Assembly: GCA_034226945.1 (NCBI GenBank)
Contig: CP120461.1
Location: 806,001-870,000, forward strand
DNA: 64,000 bases
DNA from: Picochlorum sp. SENEW3
Taxonomy: Eukaryota
Direction of reading: 5' to 3'
Below are positions 1 to 10,929 of this stretch, piece after piece. The notes under the pieces were generated by a model. The model saw only the letters and a list, made by a program, of their open reading frames with translations, was not told where the DNA came from and searched no databases. Both the position numbers and the translations under genes were made by a program. Numbering within the stretch: the first letter of the stretch is position 1; every line of letters starts with the position of its first letter.

Positions 1-2279
1 GTTCTGTTTGTCACCGATACATCTAGTACAATATCGTACTGGTGTGAGGTAACGTATGCCTCTGCATAGATCGGGTCGCTGAATCCAGTGAGCTGGACCA
101 CCTTGGCCAGCCCAGATTTGCTACTGTCCTTTGTAGATTGACCGGCAGCATAGGCAACGTCATCCATGCCCTCGTCTTCTGCTGGTCCCATCGCCTTGTT
201 CTTCAAGTGTCTAAAGTCAATCAATTCATCTGGTTGAGCAATCTCGTCCTTCTTCTCCTCCATCTTCTCCTCAGCCTCTTGCTCGTGCTTGCTTGCCAAG
301 AAGGTCTCAAATGAACTTCTGCAACCCTCAACCCACGTTTTCGCATCCACCGAATCTGGATTTGCCATCACATACATACACGCTGCCATTCTATCCCTGG
401 AGTCATCATCCATTGGATGCAACCCCTCAATAGTTTCGTGCAACTCGCCCACCATCAGCAAGTTTGATATGGTGAGCATCATCTCAGCCGTCATCTTGTT
501 CAGATCAGTTTGGCTCACATCACCATTAGAACGTACTCGCAGAAGCATCTTTGTCATGCACGAAGACAGCACAGCTGCAAGGAAAAAGTCTCCGCTCAGA
601 ACCATGCTGCGCAGATTTGGAGCACTGGCATCCAGCCCTGCATCAATGAAACTTGTGGCATACTCCTCTCCTGGAATCGCTGTTTGAGTAGCATATGAAC
701 CATCAGCGAGAACAGCTGGGCGAGCTTTCACTGTAGTTTGCTGTGGAGAAGAAACCGTGGGAGAAGACAGCGAATCCTCCTCCTCATTCTCAGCAGTCTC
801 CCTGCCAACAAGTGGCAGAGGGCCAAGGCATGAATTCAACATCTCCAGTGCAGCATTGACCTCTTCTGTTGAGATGCAATGTTCAGCTATGATCCAGAGA
901 ATGCATGCAGCAACGCGAGAAGTTCGTATCTCAGGGAATGTATCCATCATTCTGTCCACAATATCACGATGCAAATTTGGGTTTGTCTCTGCAATCTCCC
1001 TCAAGAAATACGCCACTTCCAATGCGGAAACAGCATTTGTGTCCGACAAAAAGTCCATAAGCAGATGCAATACTGTTGGCGCAACCTCTGGGTGGCGAAC
1101 AGCACATTGATGAATGGCTCTGACCAACATGGCTCTGTATTCTGTGCCATGCTCAATGTCCTTGTTCTGAGTCTTCATAGCCTCCTTCTTCAAGACAGTC
1201 ACAACTTCATCTACACTTCGAGCGTTCACAAGATCCATGGCAATCGATAACACCTTCTCCCGCACATCCAAGTTGGGAGCTGAAAGTGCCCTCAGCATGT
1301 CCATCAGCATCTCTGACATGATATCTTTGTGCTTCTTCTTCAGCTCTGCCAAACGATCCAATACAATCAGCTTCACATTATTATCACTTTGCTTCACAAG
1401 CAGCTTGCAGAAGCACGATGCTGCAGCCCGAATCGCTGTTGGAGCATTGGACAAGGACACCAATGTGGTTGCACACTCGTACAACACTGACGCTGATCTG
1501 CTATGCAACAATGCCAGAATAATCTTAATATACCTTCCCTTTGCCTGAGGATTCGATCTGCACACTTTTCGAATAAGTTCCAGCACCGCAACTTGGAGAA
1601 CATCACCCCAATCAGCAATTCGCTCAATATTATCAAACAGGTACGCAACAGCTCTATCCTGATCATGCAATGACAACATCTTGAACGCATTCCTCCGAGT
1701 ACCCAAATCCTGCTCCGACCGCAATAGCTTCTCAATCAACTCTGGAGCATCAGGGACCAATAATTCACCCTTTGGAAGCTTGTACACCGCAGACAACGCC
1801 ATCACTGCATTCTTTCTCACATACGAATGCCTATGCTCCAGATTTTGAATAACAGAAGGCACCAGCGGTTCCAACAACTCCTCCTCCGTAATTCTACACA
1901 AGAACCTCAGAGTCACACCACGGATATATTCATTAGGATGCTGCAAATTATTCCTCAAATTCTGGCAAATCAAAATCATCTCTGGCAGCAATTTCCCCTG
2001 GTCATCAGTCTTCTGAATCGTTTCCAAATACAGCAGCAACAACTTCTGCACAAAGTGATTCTCACTCGGAAGCACATATCTCACAATCGTGATAAACAAC
2101 TGCGGCATCTGCTCCCCATTCAACAGCGCTGCAATCGCCTGCTGCATGGCTTCCACCTTCTCCTCGTCATCCCCAGACTCGAGTGCCCGGCGAATTTCAT
2201 TCTGACTCGCCTGACCCTGCGATTCACTCGACACAAGAAAAGTCGATAGTTTCTCGTGGTGATGCTGAACCTGCGTCAT
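1..2279 (-). CDS. COPB1: Coatomer subunit beta (beta-COP); 3' part runs off the window start
   Basis: Not in the ORF track because it is open at the edge. Manual minus-strand translation from ATG at 2279 gives ...EQMPQLFITIVRYVLPSENHFVQKLLLLYLE...; in the same frame near position 1 it gives VVQLTGFSDPIYAEAYVTSHQYDIVLDV. Both are hallmark beta-COP segments. Confidence 0.93.
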   Translation of the reverse strand, partial: MTQVQHHHEKLSTFLVSSESQGQASQNEIRRALESGDDEEKVEAMQQAIAALLNGEQMPQLFITIVRYVLPSENHFVQKLLLLYLETIQKTDDQGKLLPEMILICQNLRNNLQHPNEYIRGVTLRFLCRITEEELLEPLVPSVIQNLEHRHSYVRKNAVMALSAVYKLPKGELLVPDAPELIEKLLRSEQDLGTRRNAFKMLSLHDQDRAVAYLFDNIERIADWGDVLQVAVLELIRKVCRSNPQAKGRYIKIILALLHSRSASVLYECATTLVSLSNAPTAIRAAASCFCKLLVKQSDNNVKLIVLDRLAELKKKHKDIMSEMLMDMLRALSAPNLDVREKVLSIAMDLVNARSVDEVVTVLKKEAMKTQNKDIEHGTEYRAMLVRAIHQCAVRHPEVAPTVLHLLMDFLSDTNAVSALEVAYFLREIAETNPNLHRDIVDRMMDTFPEIRTSRVAACILWIIAEHCISTEEVNAALEMLNSCLGPLPLVGRETAENEEEDSLSSPTVSSPQQTTVKARPAVLADGSYATQTAIPGEEYATSFIDAGLDASAPNLRSMVLSGDFFLAAVLSSCMTKMLLRVRSNGDVSQTDLNKMTAEMMLTISNLLMVGELHETIEGLHPMDDDSRDRMAACMYVMANPDSVDAKTWVEGCRSSFETFLASKHEQEAEEKMEEKKDEIAQPDELIDFRHLKNKAMGPAEDEGMDDVAYAAGQSTKDSSKSGLAKVVQLTGFSDPIYAEAYVTSHQYDIVLDVSVTNR

Positions 2280-2847
2280 CCTCCAATCAGTTTCTAGCGC
2301 GGCGAAATGATGACAATCGGATTGGACAAGGATACACACTGCTGGTGCCGAATTCCACCCACGTATGTACTATTTCCGTGTCTTTGCTCTATCAAAACAA
2401 CAGATGACCCCTCTGTTGCGTATATGGATCGACAGACGAGTGATTCCCCTGGATGGATGAGGTCGTTGTTGTTGATCGCTCACACCAACCGCGTCAGACC
2501 ACTATATACCGGTTCCTGGTGAATTCAGTAATTCTTTTGTGATTCACAATCACCTATTCATAAAACAATCGGTATCTGGAACGGGTCTAGAGACCATGGC
2601 CTACGAAGACCGCCTGGCCATCTGCGATTGATAGTCTGCGCCTATCAAATACATCATTGATCGGATGACGTGACTACACTCGGTCAAAGGGTGGCAGTGA
2701 TGGTAAGGATGTGCAGATAGTAGGCTATCGTCTCTGCAGACATGGCGTTTCCGATACGGGCCAATCAATCAACAGATGATGGCACATTCTCCTCCATTGT
2801 ATTGGGAAAGAATACTCCATCAGATTAATAACGCTATACGAACGACA

Positions 2848-3369
2848 ATGAATAGCTGTGCTTTCTCTGCCAACCAGGCAGTGTGTGGAGGACAGGCCGT
2901 GGCCCGTGTGCCTGCCGTCAGTGCTCCAGTCAGAATGATGGCAATGTCCGCCGGAAACGTAGTTAGAAAACAGAATGTGAATGGAATGGCGGCTAGAAGA
3001 ACACAAAGAAGCATTGTGATGAATGCTGCCGTGCAGCAGCAGAGGGTGAATGCGGCTGCGCCAGCAAACCCAACTATTCGTATCAAATTGAAGAGTTATT
3101 GGACAGATTTGTTGCAGGATACTGTCGATAAAATTACAGAAGTTGCTTCGACCACAGGAGCTACGATTGCTGGGCCTGTGCCTCTTCCAACGAGGCGCAG
3201 AGTGTACACTGTATTGCGTTCACCACACGTGAACAAGAAATCCCGCGAACAGTTTGAAGTGCGTACTCATCAGCGTTTGATAGATATTAAGGATCTTTCT
3301 ACGCAGACTATTGATAGATTGATGGAGCTGGATCTTCCAGCTGGAGTGGATGTTGAGGTGAAGTTGTAA
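2848..3369 (+). CDS. PRPS10: Nuclear-encoded plastid ribosomal protein S10 with transit peptide
   Basis: C-terminal IRIKLKSY...[38 protein letters not shown]...[13 protein letters not shown] is bacterial/plastid uS10. N-terminus is Ala/Arg/Val-rich and transit-peptide-like. The start (ATG 2848 vs 2776) is uncertain. Confidence 0.92.
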   Translation: MNSCAFSANQAVCGGQAVARVPAVSAPVRMMAMSAGNVVRKQNVNGMAARRTQRSIVMNAAVQQQRVNAAAPANPTIRIKLKSYWTDLLQDTVDKITEVASTTGATIAGPVPLPTRRRVYTVLRSPHVNKKSREQFEVRTHQRLIDIKDLSTQTIDRLMELDLPAGVDVEVKL

Positions 3370-3496
3370 GGTTGTGGACACAGGCTCTGTGTTTGTGTGT
3401 TTGTGTGTTTTATATCATCCATTCATTCATTCATTCATTTTCTCCTGGTTGCATATGAGAAGTGTAGTGGTTTATGTAAGTATAGTAGTAGTAGCA

Positions 3497-5534
3497 TCAG
3501 TTGCCTTGCTGCATGGCAGCCATGACGGCTTCCCAACTGAGATCTTTCTCGTCTAAATCCTCATCACTCTCACTGTCGTCATCGTGATTGCTGCCAGATG
3601 GATCATCATCGTCACTATCATCATCGTCCTCATCCTCATCACTTGTTGCTGCATCCTCTTCATTCTCATCTGTTTTAGCATCGTCTCCGACGAAATAGTC
3701 GTCTTGAACAGGGATGTGTGCCTTTTGTTGTTTCTCTAATGCTTCTGCAGCTTTTGAAGTCACAACTTCATTGGCTCGAGCTTCTACGTCTGACACTGGT
3801 GCATCATTGTTCACCTTCGCATCGTCATTATCATCATCATTTGATGGAGACTGGCGTTCTTCGTCGGTAGGCGGTGGTATAAAGAATGGAATTTTTCCTC
3901 GCTGCCAGTCGTGAAGAACCATCTTGGCCGCTGTGTTGAGATCAGGATCTCCTCCTTTACAAAGTTTGCCTGCACCGCGGGCAACCTGACCGAGAAAATC
4001 CTCTGCATCCTCCCATAATTTTAGCTTATATGCTCTCCTAATGTATTCTGGTTTCACGCGGTTTAAAATCTCAGCGATATGCTCTGTAGCATCATCCAAA
4101 TTCTCCACTCTGACCACACCTTTCAAAACAGCATCAGTATCAGAGTCGCCTGCTCCAGAATACACGACACCTGGGCAATCGATCAAAAATATTCTCTTCA
4201 TCAGTGTGATGTATTGCCACACTTTGGTCTCTCCGGGGATGGGGGCAACATTGCAGACCTTTTTTGATCGAAGAGTGTTGATCACGGAGGACTTGCCAAC
4301 ATTTGGATATCCCACGAGCCCCACAGATATGTACTGTTTATCTGTTCTCATTCTTGCCAGCTGTCGCAATAGTCCTAATAAAGAGCCTTTACCGAATGGA
4401 TTGTTGATTGACGCATGGAATGCAATGGTAGGATATTCTTTTGATAAAACACTTAGCCATCGCTTTGTCACCCAGGATGGGACCTGCACAGATATTAATA
4501 TACACATGATATATATATTCACATTCCATGTATCATGGACAGGAATATGTATGTTGAACATAACATAGGAGGCTCAGACTAACGAGATTCCACGACAATG
4601 TTCCTCTTCACCAACAGTCAGATGGTACGGACAATTGCTTTGATCATCATGGCCTCACACGTGATTTCAGTGCACCAACGTACCAGATCGCATTTATTCA
4701 GCACAAGAATTAAATGCTTTTGCCTGTGATTATGTCTCAAATGCGACTCAAGATGCTTGCATCGTGTTCCTATTGGATCCCGGGCATCCAAGACTTGGAG
4801 CAGAACATCACTCGAATCAACCACCTTGTACAGCTCTCCCCAAATCCTCTTCGACTGACCTTTCTCGAACACGGGGTCTCTCACAGCATTGCGGCCATCA
4901 ATACCTGCCGGGGCGTCTTGTGCAGTGCTATCGTATGTCTCAGCTTTTTCAGTTGCAGTTTGAAGCAATGCCTCATAACTATCAATACCACCAAGCTTGG
5001 GCTTCTTTCTCGTCTTCTTTGCACCAAAGGTCGCAGAGAATGGTTCAACCGCCACCAAACTCGCCCGTGCCATTTTCCCTCCTTTTCGCTTCTTCTTCTC
5101 TGGATCCTCTACCAAGGACAGTGGCAGCTTCTTCTCCTTCAGCAGAACAGAGTATGGATCATTCATCTTATCAGCCATCTCCTCTCTGAAAGAATCCAAC
5201 TGCTTCTGGCCAATCACGCGCGTATTTCCAAACCATCGTCTATCTGGCTGAATTCTAGTGCTTGGTAATTCTTTGGATTGAAGATCTTGTGAGATGATGC
5301 GGCCTTTTCTGTCTCGCTTGGCCTTGTTGTCATACATTGCCAAACGTTTCACCTACACACGTGATACATGTCAGCATATATCGATTATACACAGGATGGC
5401 GGCGTGTCACAGAGCCAACAACGTACTGTTGCAGAAGAACGCTGGCCATTGTTGCTGTTCTTGGCCCTATTCTGGTCCTTGCTATGCTTGGGGGTTCTTG
5501 AAACCTCCGGGGCTTTTGTTCTCGCTTTCCCCAT
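3497..5534 (-). CDS. NOG2: Nucleolar GTPase NOG2/GNL2; exons 5534-5427, 5352-4684, 4483-3497
   Basis: NGP1NT-type segment [33 protein letters not shown]; circularly permuted GTPase motifs [17 protein letters not shown]; acidic tail. Canonical GT-AG introns at 5426-5353 and 4683-4484 join the ORFs in frame. Confidence 0.95.
4569..4656 (-). ncRNA. Intronic box C/D snoRNA with two guide elements in NOG2 intron 2
   Basis: Minus strand reads GAGGC-c-ATGATGA (box C)...TTGTCCGTACCA-t-CTGA (D')...GTGAAGA (C')...GGAATCTCGTTA-gt-CTGA (D)-GCCTC, with a 5-bp terminal stem GAGGC/GCCTC. Both 12-nt guides complement conserved LSU rRNA segments as I recall them (UGGUACGGACAA and UAACGAGAUUCC). Confidence 0.88.
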
Positions 5535-5725
5535 GTTGAGATTTTCAAATCTGAGGTGGAAATCTATGAATGCTCAGCACAGAAGATTGCGGCTGTATGA
5601 AAGGATTCTGTATGGTGCATGTGCTACTCGCATGCCGCAGTAATCGTGCTGCCCTTTCAAAAGCGATCAATATTGCCACATAAACACACGTATCACAATA
5701 TTAAAAATTCAATTAATGAACAAAA

Positions 5726-6481
5726 TCATGCAAAGGCAGGATAATATCGAAGGCATTGCCTGGTGGGCTTTTTGATTGATCCATTGCCTCTCTCAATCCG
5801 GATGGTCTTTGGGCAGGCCGTTTTGTTCTTTCGCAGCACACTCTTTGGGCAGTCTGTTATCGAATATGGTGGTTCAGGACTCACACAGATTGAATATGTG
5901 GAATATCGCTTCCCAGTGGCACCATCACATGTGATGAATCCTTCCTTTCCAAAACCTTTCTTGAGGGCACGAAGCAACTTGGAAGTCCTAATCTTCTTTT
6001 TCCGTCCCAAGGTAATCTTTTTCTTCTTCAAAGCTACATCTGGGTCGTATTTTTTGTACAAATCAGACATCAGTTGAAAGAGGGAGGAGGCATTCATACC
6101 AAGTTGCTTTGCTGCACACCCAGCTCCCTTGTCCCACACATACTTGTGCCAACCATCGTCGTTTCCCTCAGTGTATGAATTCGATGTACAGTGAAGATAC
6201 TCACGAAGTTCTCCTGTAACATCTGACGGAGAATATGCCTGGGACAATGAGCATTCCTTCCAACCTTCCAAAGGTCGAATAGTTGAGAGTCGATGAGCCC
6301 TGAACCGAGGCCTCGCTGTTGAGGCATCTTCCCCACAGAATTCTTTAGGTACTCCGTTTGATGAACCTGCGTAGCAGAAGATTGGTGCCCAGACGTATCG
6401 AAGCTGGAGCACAGATTCTCCGTGGCACTGCTGTGCACACAGGGCGAGGACAAGCCCAATCGCCCAGATTTCTAGCCTCAT
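5726..6481 (-). CDS. Secreted RNase T2-fold protein with degenerate catalytic motifs
   Basis: Signal peptide; LQLRYVWAPIFC resembles the T2 N-terminal W-P-x-x-C motif; CAS I-like FRAHRL; CAS II-like WHKYVWDKGAGC; T2-like C-terminal cysteine pattern (ITC...YSICV...DCP...CP). Confidence 0.6.
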   Translation of the reverse strand: MRLEIWAIGLVLALCAQQCHGESVLQLRYVWAPIFCYAGSSNGVPKEFCGEDASTARPRFRAHRLSTIRPLEGWKECSLSQAYSPSDVTGELREYLHCTSNSYTEGNDDGWHKYVWDKGAGCAAKQLGMNASSLFQLMSDLYKKYDPDVALKKKKITLGRKKKIRTSKLLRALKKGFGKEGFITCDGATGKRYSTYSICVSPEPPYSITDCPKSVLRKNKTACPKTIRIERGNGSIKKPTRQCLRYYPAFA

Positions 6482-6834
6482 CTAGCAGTGATTACAGACG
6501 AAAAGAGACAATCTTGTGCAGAGCCTCACCCATTCATTGAATTTGGATTCCGAATGATTGCAAACTCTCCGTGATAAAAAGTTTAAAAATAGTCGAGTCT
6601 CGTTTGCCAGCAAAATCTTCTTGGTGACAATGTGCATTCCATGAATCGATATCTGCATTTACATTTCATTACAGTGTCTGTTTTTGCCCTTTTTTTATCT
6701 CCTGTTCAGAGAACGACGGAGTATTTCTTTTTGATTTTGTTTTCCCCTCAACTTGCCAAGAAGCAGCTGCAGGTGTCGTTCTTCGATGATATTTGAATTT
6801 TGATCGGATCCTGGATATCAAAATTGAATGAAAC

Positions 6835-9741
6835 ATGGATGGATTGAGCAGCCAGCTTCAGGCTGCTCTATATGCACTCCATTCTCACGAAACCTCTGCT
6901 CAAGCAGAGTCGAACGCTTGGCTGAACGAGTTTTTGCAGAGCGATGAAAGTTGGAATGCATGTATTCGACTGTATGAGAACGATACTACGTCATCCATTC
7001 GTTCAATGTGTGTGTCACTCCTCACGAGGAAGGTGAGGATGGATTGGTCAGGAGGATGGTTGACAGAGCAAGACAGAGCAGCAAAAAGGGAACAATGCAA
7101 GGTCATGTATCTATCTCAGATTGGATCAGCGTCTCCTGATAGACTACTGATTCGACAGTTGGTATTGTTGCAAGTGCTTTGTATGGAAACGGAGGAGCAT
7201 GTGCGAGATCTCGTGCAGCATGCTGTGGAGGCCCTCTCCCATTCAACAATGTGGTATGCTGGGGTGGAAATTCTGTTGACGATTCCAAATGAATTTCGGG
7301 AGTCTTCTCGTAGAGTACACGGTAAATTGTTACCTGTCCTGAAGTCATATACTCAGATGGTGCTAGATGCTGTGGACCGACAGTTGCTGCCATCTGGGGG
7401 AGACGACATGCTGCACAGGATGTCAGAGGTGATTCGAGCTTGGGTTGAGCTTCCAAGCATGCCAGGAGGACTTCCGGAAACTGATATTATAGAGTTTAGT
7501 AGGCGTCATCAGAATATTTTCCGTTTTCTCGTGAGTGAGTGCTTCGACAAAGGGTCAGAACCAGCCTGTGGAGCTCTAGTTGCCTGCTTCAAAGGCGCTT
7601 GTCCAGAAGATCATGCAGACGCGGCGATGCCTCTTTTCAACGGCATCATATCGAAAATGATGTCGATGAAGGAATATATTTTACAAGATTCGTGTGAGGA
7701 GCAAGCAATGGGTGTGGCTCAAGTTGGATCAGGCATTGCTGATTGCTGGCCAGAAGGTATTGCATATATACTGCCAACGTGTGTGGATCTAGCGCAGATC
7801 ATGCTCGTGTGTGTGAAACATCCTGAATATACTATCGTAGAAGTAGCTTTAGACTACTTTTTCGCCTTGAATTTGATAGATATTCGGCAAAGGAATGAGC
7901 ATTTGAGGCATCCAGTGCAAGCACAACTTGTAAAGTCCGTTGCGCAACGACTGATGTTTCCTCAGAGTAGCGATCAGGAATCCCTGGATATGATGGCTCA
8001 CGATGCTGGATTTATTCGGTTACGAAAAGATATTGTGCCCGAGTTGTTAGAAGAAGTATACCCATCCATTGGTGAGTGGTATCTTGAATGGGTGTTGTCA
8101 GGTGTGAAGAGCAGCACCTGGCAAGAGATAGAAATTGCTCTGTACTTGCTACAAGCAACAGACTTACAGATACGAACTCGGGCGCTTGCAGTTCCAAGTC
8201 AATCGGATACATCTTCAGCCTTGGCGAGAGATAGAATGAACAAGTCGCTGTGCGAGGCATTTGCAGTGGCATCATCCTTTTGTAGATCCAACCTTTGCCA
8301 GGAGTCGCGAGCAGTAGCCTCAGTCTTGGGTTCAACGTTCTCTACTGCAGTAGAGTCATTCGCTATTTGGTTCGGCAAAATATCTGAGGCACCTTTTGAT
8401 GAGGTCTTTGCAGCAGTACTGACAATTCTGGCCTTGAATCATCCACACAGTACCAGACATGCATGCACAGCTATCAAGTCTCTGTGCGTTCGATTAGGGC
8501 GCGGTCTTTTATCCTCAGAAAATATTGTAGACAAGATTAGCCTGATCAAAGCTGGAATAGCGCATCTTACATTGGATGCAGAGTGCGAGGAGGAGCTTGT
8601 TGAAGGAATGGTGCATCTTGCAACACATCTTGAGCCACAGAGGGCATTGACGTCTTTATTCGATGTCATATCTCCATATGTTGATACCATCGTCCATGCG
8701 GGAAATATGGAGTATTCATCAATCGACAAGGGTATGCACATGAAAGTTATGCGAAGCATGGCGTTCATATCCATTGCACTGAAGGCATTATTATCAGCAG
8801 CAATATCACAGGGAGGCGGATGGGCTGCAGCCAATCTATATAAGGGTCTGCATGGCTGTCTTGCAGGGTTTTTGCATTCTGAATATTGCAAAAACAACTC
8901 CGAGGCAGTAGATGGTGTGTTGGTGGTATGCAAGGAGGCAATTGCAAGTTCAAGGAAGAACAGTGGTGAGATTTTGCAGCTTGTGCTGCCCATGGTCATG
9001 GGAATTTTCCACGAATCTCTCAGCTCTCCAGCACTCGACGTGTTATCTGAAGTTATTGAAATGCATTTCAATGATTCGGACATGATGGGCGATATCGTTG
9101 CTTTGTCTCACACCGTCTTCCAGAAAGCCTTTTCTGTCCTGCATGACCAGGGCTTGTCTTCAAGGCCATCTCTAGTGCAAGCACTTCTGGACGTTGGGTA
9201 TTCCTTCATCGTATACGCACCTAATAGTATCATTCAGTCAGGGTCTCTCTCGGTATTCATTGACCTGGGTATTGCTGCCTTATCATGCAAGGAACCTGAA
9301 GTTATCATTAAAGCACTTCAGTTCCTATGCTATCTTCCTTGTGCTGCAACAGATGAGACAATAGATCAAGATTCAATAAATTCTATTAATGCCAATCTCA
9401 TAGCGAAAGGTCCTCAGCTGGTCGAGTCGCTCATGTATGCAGCATGTGAGACATGCCCACGGTCAAAGGTGAGGAGCGCAGCAAATCTGATACGAGCTTT
9501 GTTGCTACATCCTCCACTACAAGGCAAAGGATCTGCATGGTTGATTGCCGCCATTTCCTCAGAAAGAATTCAAAAGGTTTCTAAAGACGTTATCCGAAAA
9601 GAATCACGGGACACATTCATACAGTTAGCTACAGGTGGCTCCTTGAATCCTCAGAGACTCACCTGTCTCATTACAGATTATGGGCTTGTTTGTAGAAGAG
9701 AAGAAGAGGAAAGTGTTTTTTCAATAGCATATGAGGTATAA
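6835..9741 (+). CDS. Importin-beta family HEAT-repeat karyopherin (transportin-SR/MOS14/importin-13-like)
   Basis: 968-aa helical ORF. N-terminal LQAALYALH...AQAESNAWLNEFLQSDESW...LTRKVRMDW resembles IBN_N; EILLTIPNE and WQEIEIALY resemble conserved TNPO3/IPO13 segments. Confidence 0.7.
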   Translation: MDGLSSQLQAALYALHSHETSAQAESNAWLNEFLQSDESWNACIRLYENDTTSSIRSMCVSLLTRKVRMDWSGGWLTEQDRAAKREQCKVMYLSQIGSASPDRLLIRQLVLLQVLCMETEEHVRDLVQHAVEALSHSTMWYAGVEILLTIPNEFRESSRRVHGKLLPVLKSYTQMVLDAVDRQLLPSGGDDMLHRMSEVIRAWVELPSMPGGLPETDIIEFSRRHQNIFRFLVSECFDKGSEPACGALVACFKGACPEDHADAAMPLFNGIISKMMSMKEYILQDSCEEQAMGVAQVGSGIADCWPEGIAYILPTCVDLAQIMLVCVKHPEYTIVEVALDYFFALNLIDIRQRNEHLRHPVQAQLVKSVAQRLMFPQSSDQESLDMMAHDAGFIRLRKDIVPELLEEVYPSIGEWYLEWVLSGVKSSTWQEIEIALYLLQATDLQIRTRALAVPSQSDTSSALARDRMNKSLCEAFAVASSFCRSNLCQESRAVASVLGSTFSTAVESFAIWFGKISEAPFDEVFAAVLTILALNHPHSTRHACTAIKSLCVRLGRGLLSSENIVDKISLIKAGIAHLTLDAECEEELVEGMVHLATHLEPQRALTSLFDVISPYVDTIVHAGNMEYSSIDKGMHMKVMRSMAFISIALKALLSAAISQGGGWAAANLYKGLHGCLAGFLHSEYCKNNSEAVDGVLVVCKEAIASSRKNSGEILQLVLPMVMGIFHESLSSPALDVLSEVIEMHFNDSDMMGDIVALSHTVFQKAFSVLHDQGLSSRPSLVQALLDVGYSFIVYAPNSIIQSGSLSVFIDLGIAALSCKEPEVIIKALQFLCYLPCAATDETIDQDSINSINANLIAKGPQLVESLMYAACETCPRSKVRSAANLIRALLLHPPLQGKGSAWLIAAISSERIQKVSKDVIRKESRDTFIQLATGGSLNPQRLTCLITDYGLVCRREEEESVFSIAYEV

Positions 9742-9768
9742 ATTATTATTTCTACAAACAAAGACAAT

Positions 9769-10677
9769 CTATCCTGACCGCCTCCTGTATTCCAAGGCAG
9801 CCTTGGGCAACACATTCAAAGCAACTTCTTTCAAACTCGGTCGTTCGTCTTGAGTGTGCACCACAAGTACCTCCTCTTTGTTAATTCGCAAGAGAACCTG
9901 CCAAGGACCAGGATATGCCCGAAACAAGACACCTCCCCCTGCGCCTTTGAAATTATGAATATAATAAGCACTTTCTACCAGTGGCATCATTTCCTTACTC
10001 AGCCTCGACATCTCTGGATAGAACAAACCAGGATAGTAGTTACTTCTCAACCTATCTAATTCCGCATTGAAGAAAATCAGTGGCCTCCTTCTCCCATCTT
10101 GCTGGAACTTTTTCCGTGCGCACTGAAAAACCTTGTCAGCTGCCACCAATTCTCTAGGATCAAAACTCGGATACGCCGCAATAAACAATTCATCCTGATC
10201 ATCGACATGCTCTGATGGATCATACCCCGATATATCAACCCCAATGTCCAAAAATCCAGATGGCTTTGTGAAATAATCCAACTGGAAGTTTGTCTGACTC
10301 CAAGGACCAACCTCCCTCTGCAATTCCATCTCCTTCTTATCAGGAAAGAATATCCTCGTCCTATCTGCTCTATCCAAAAACAATCGCGAGAAGGATCGCA
10401 GATATTCGCTTGAATAGGTCATTTCGTTGGCCCCCTCAGCGTCACCGGCAACTGCTTCTAAACAACTCGTCGGAAATTCAACCTCCAAAAGTTCAAACCC
10501 ATCATCCAATGCAGATTCTGTCGATTCTCGAGCCTGCTTAATGGCTTCTGGATAGTCCAGGGGAAAAGAAGAAAGCTCATATCCACTGCTGTTTACAAAA
10601 GCACAGCGTCTCTGTCGACGACACCCATCGCGACCGAAGCAGATGGGCTTGCCCTGAGCCAAAACAGACGATATCAT
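9769..10677 (-). CDS. LPA3: LOW PSII ACCUMULATION 3-like chloroplast protein (DUF1995)
   Basis: FPLDYPEAIKQA...LLEVEFPT...GDAEGANEM, TRIFFPD, FNAELDRLRSNYYP, YYIHNFKG..GGVLFRAYPGPWQVL match LPA3. Transit-like N-terminus. Confidence 0.88.
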   Translation of the reverse strand: MISSVLAQGKPICFGRDGCRRQRRCAFVNSSGYELSSFPLDYPEAIKQARESTESALDDGFELLEVEFPTSCLEAVAGDAEGANEMTYSSEYLRSFSRLFLDRADRTRIFFPDKKEMELQREVGPWSQTNFQLDYFTKPSGFLDIGVDISGYDPSEHVDDQDELFIAAYPSFDPRELVAADKVFQCARKKFQQDGRRRPLIFFNAELDRLRSNYYPGLFYPEMSRLSKEMMPLVESAYYIHNFKGAGGGVLFRAYPGPWQVLLRINKEEVLVVHTQDERPSLKEVALNVLPKAALEYRRRSG

Positions 10678-10929
10678 TGGTCACTATTTATATATGGGCA
10701 GAAGATGAGTCCATCGTAGACTTTTCTTCGCCATCAAGGCCATTTAAATTTTTAAATGCGACTGCTCGGAATTGGAAATGAAAAAAGCTTGCTCATCATT
10801 GATTCCAGTCTTCCCATCTCATTTCTGATAGATATTATTTACATCTCTTTTTTCTTCCATGGCTGTTGCCTCTTGGTGTGAAGGATTGAACATGCCAGAC
10901 TGCTCCAACCACTAAACTGAGCACTTGGC

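Noticed and set aside
289..2407. Several + strand ORFs of 60-140 aa over the first 2.3 kb
   Set aside because: Antisense shadows of the minus-strand beta-COP CDS. The same applies to most short ORFs overlapping long genes throughout the window.
3420..3439. (CATT)5 microsatellite
   Set aside because: Ordinary simple repeat in a 3' UTR region.
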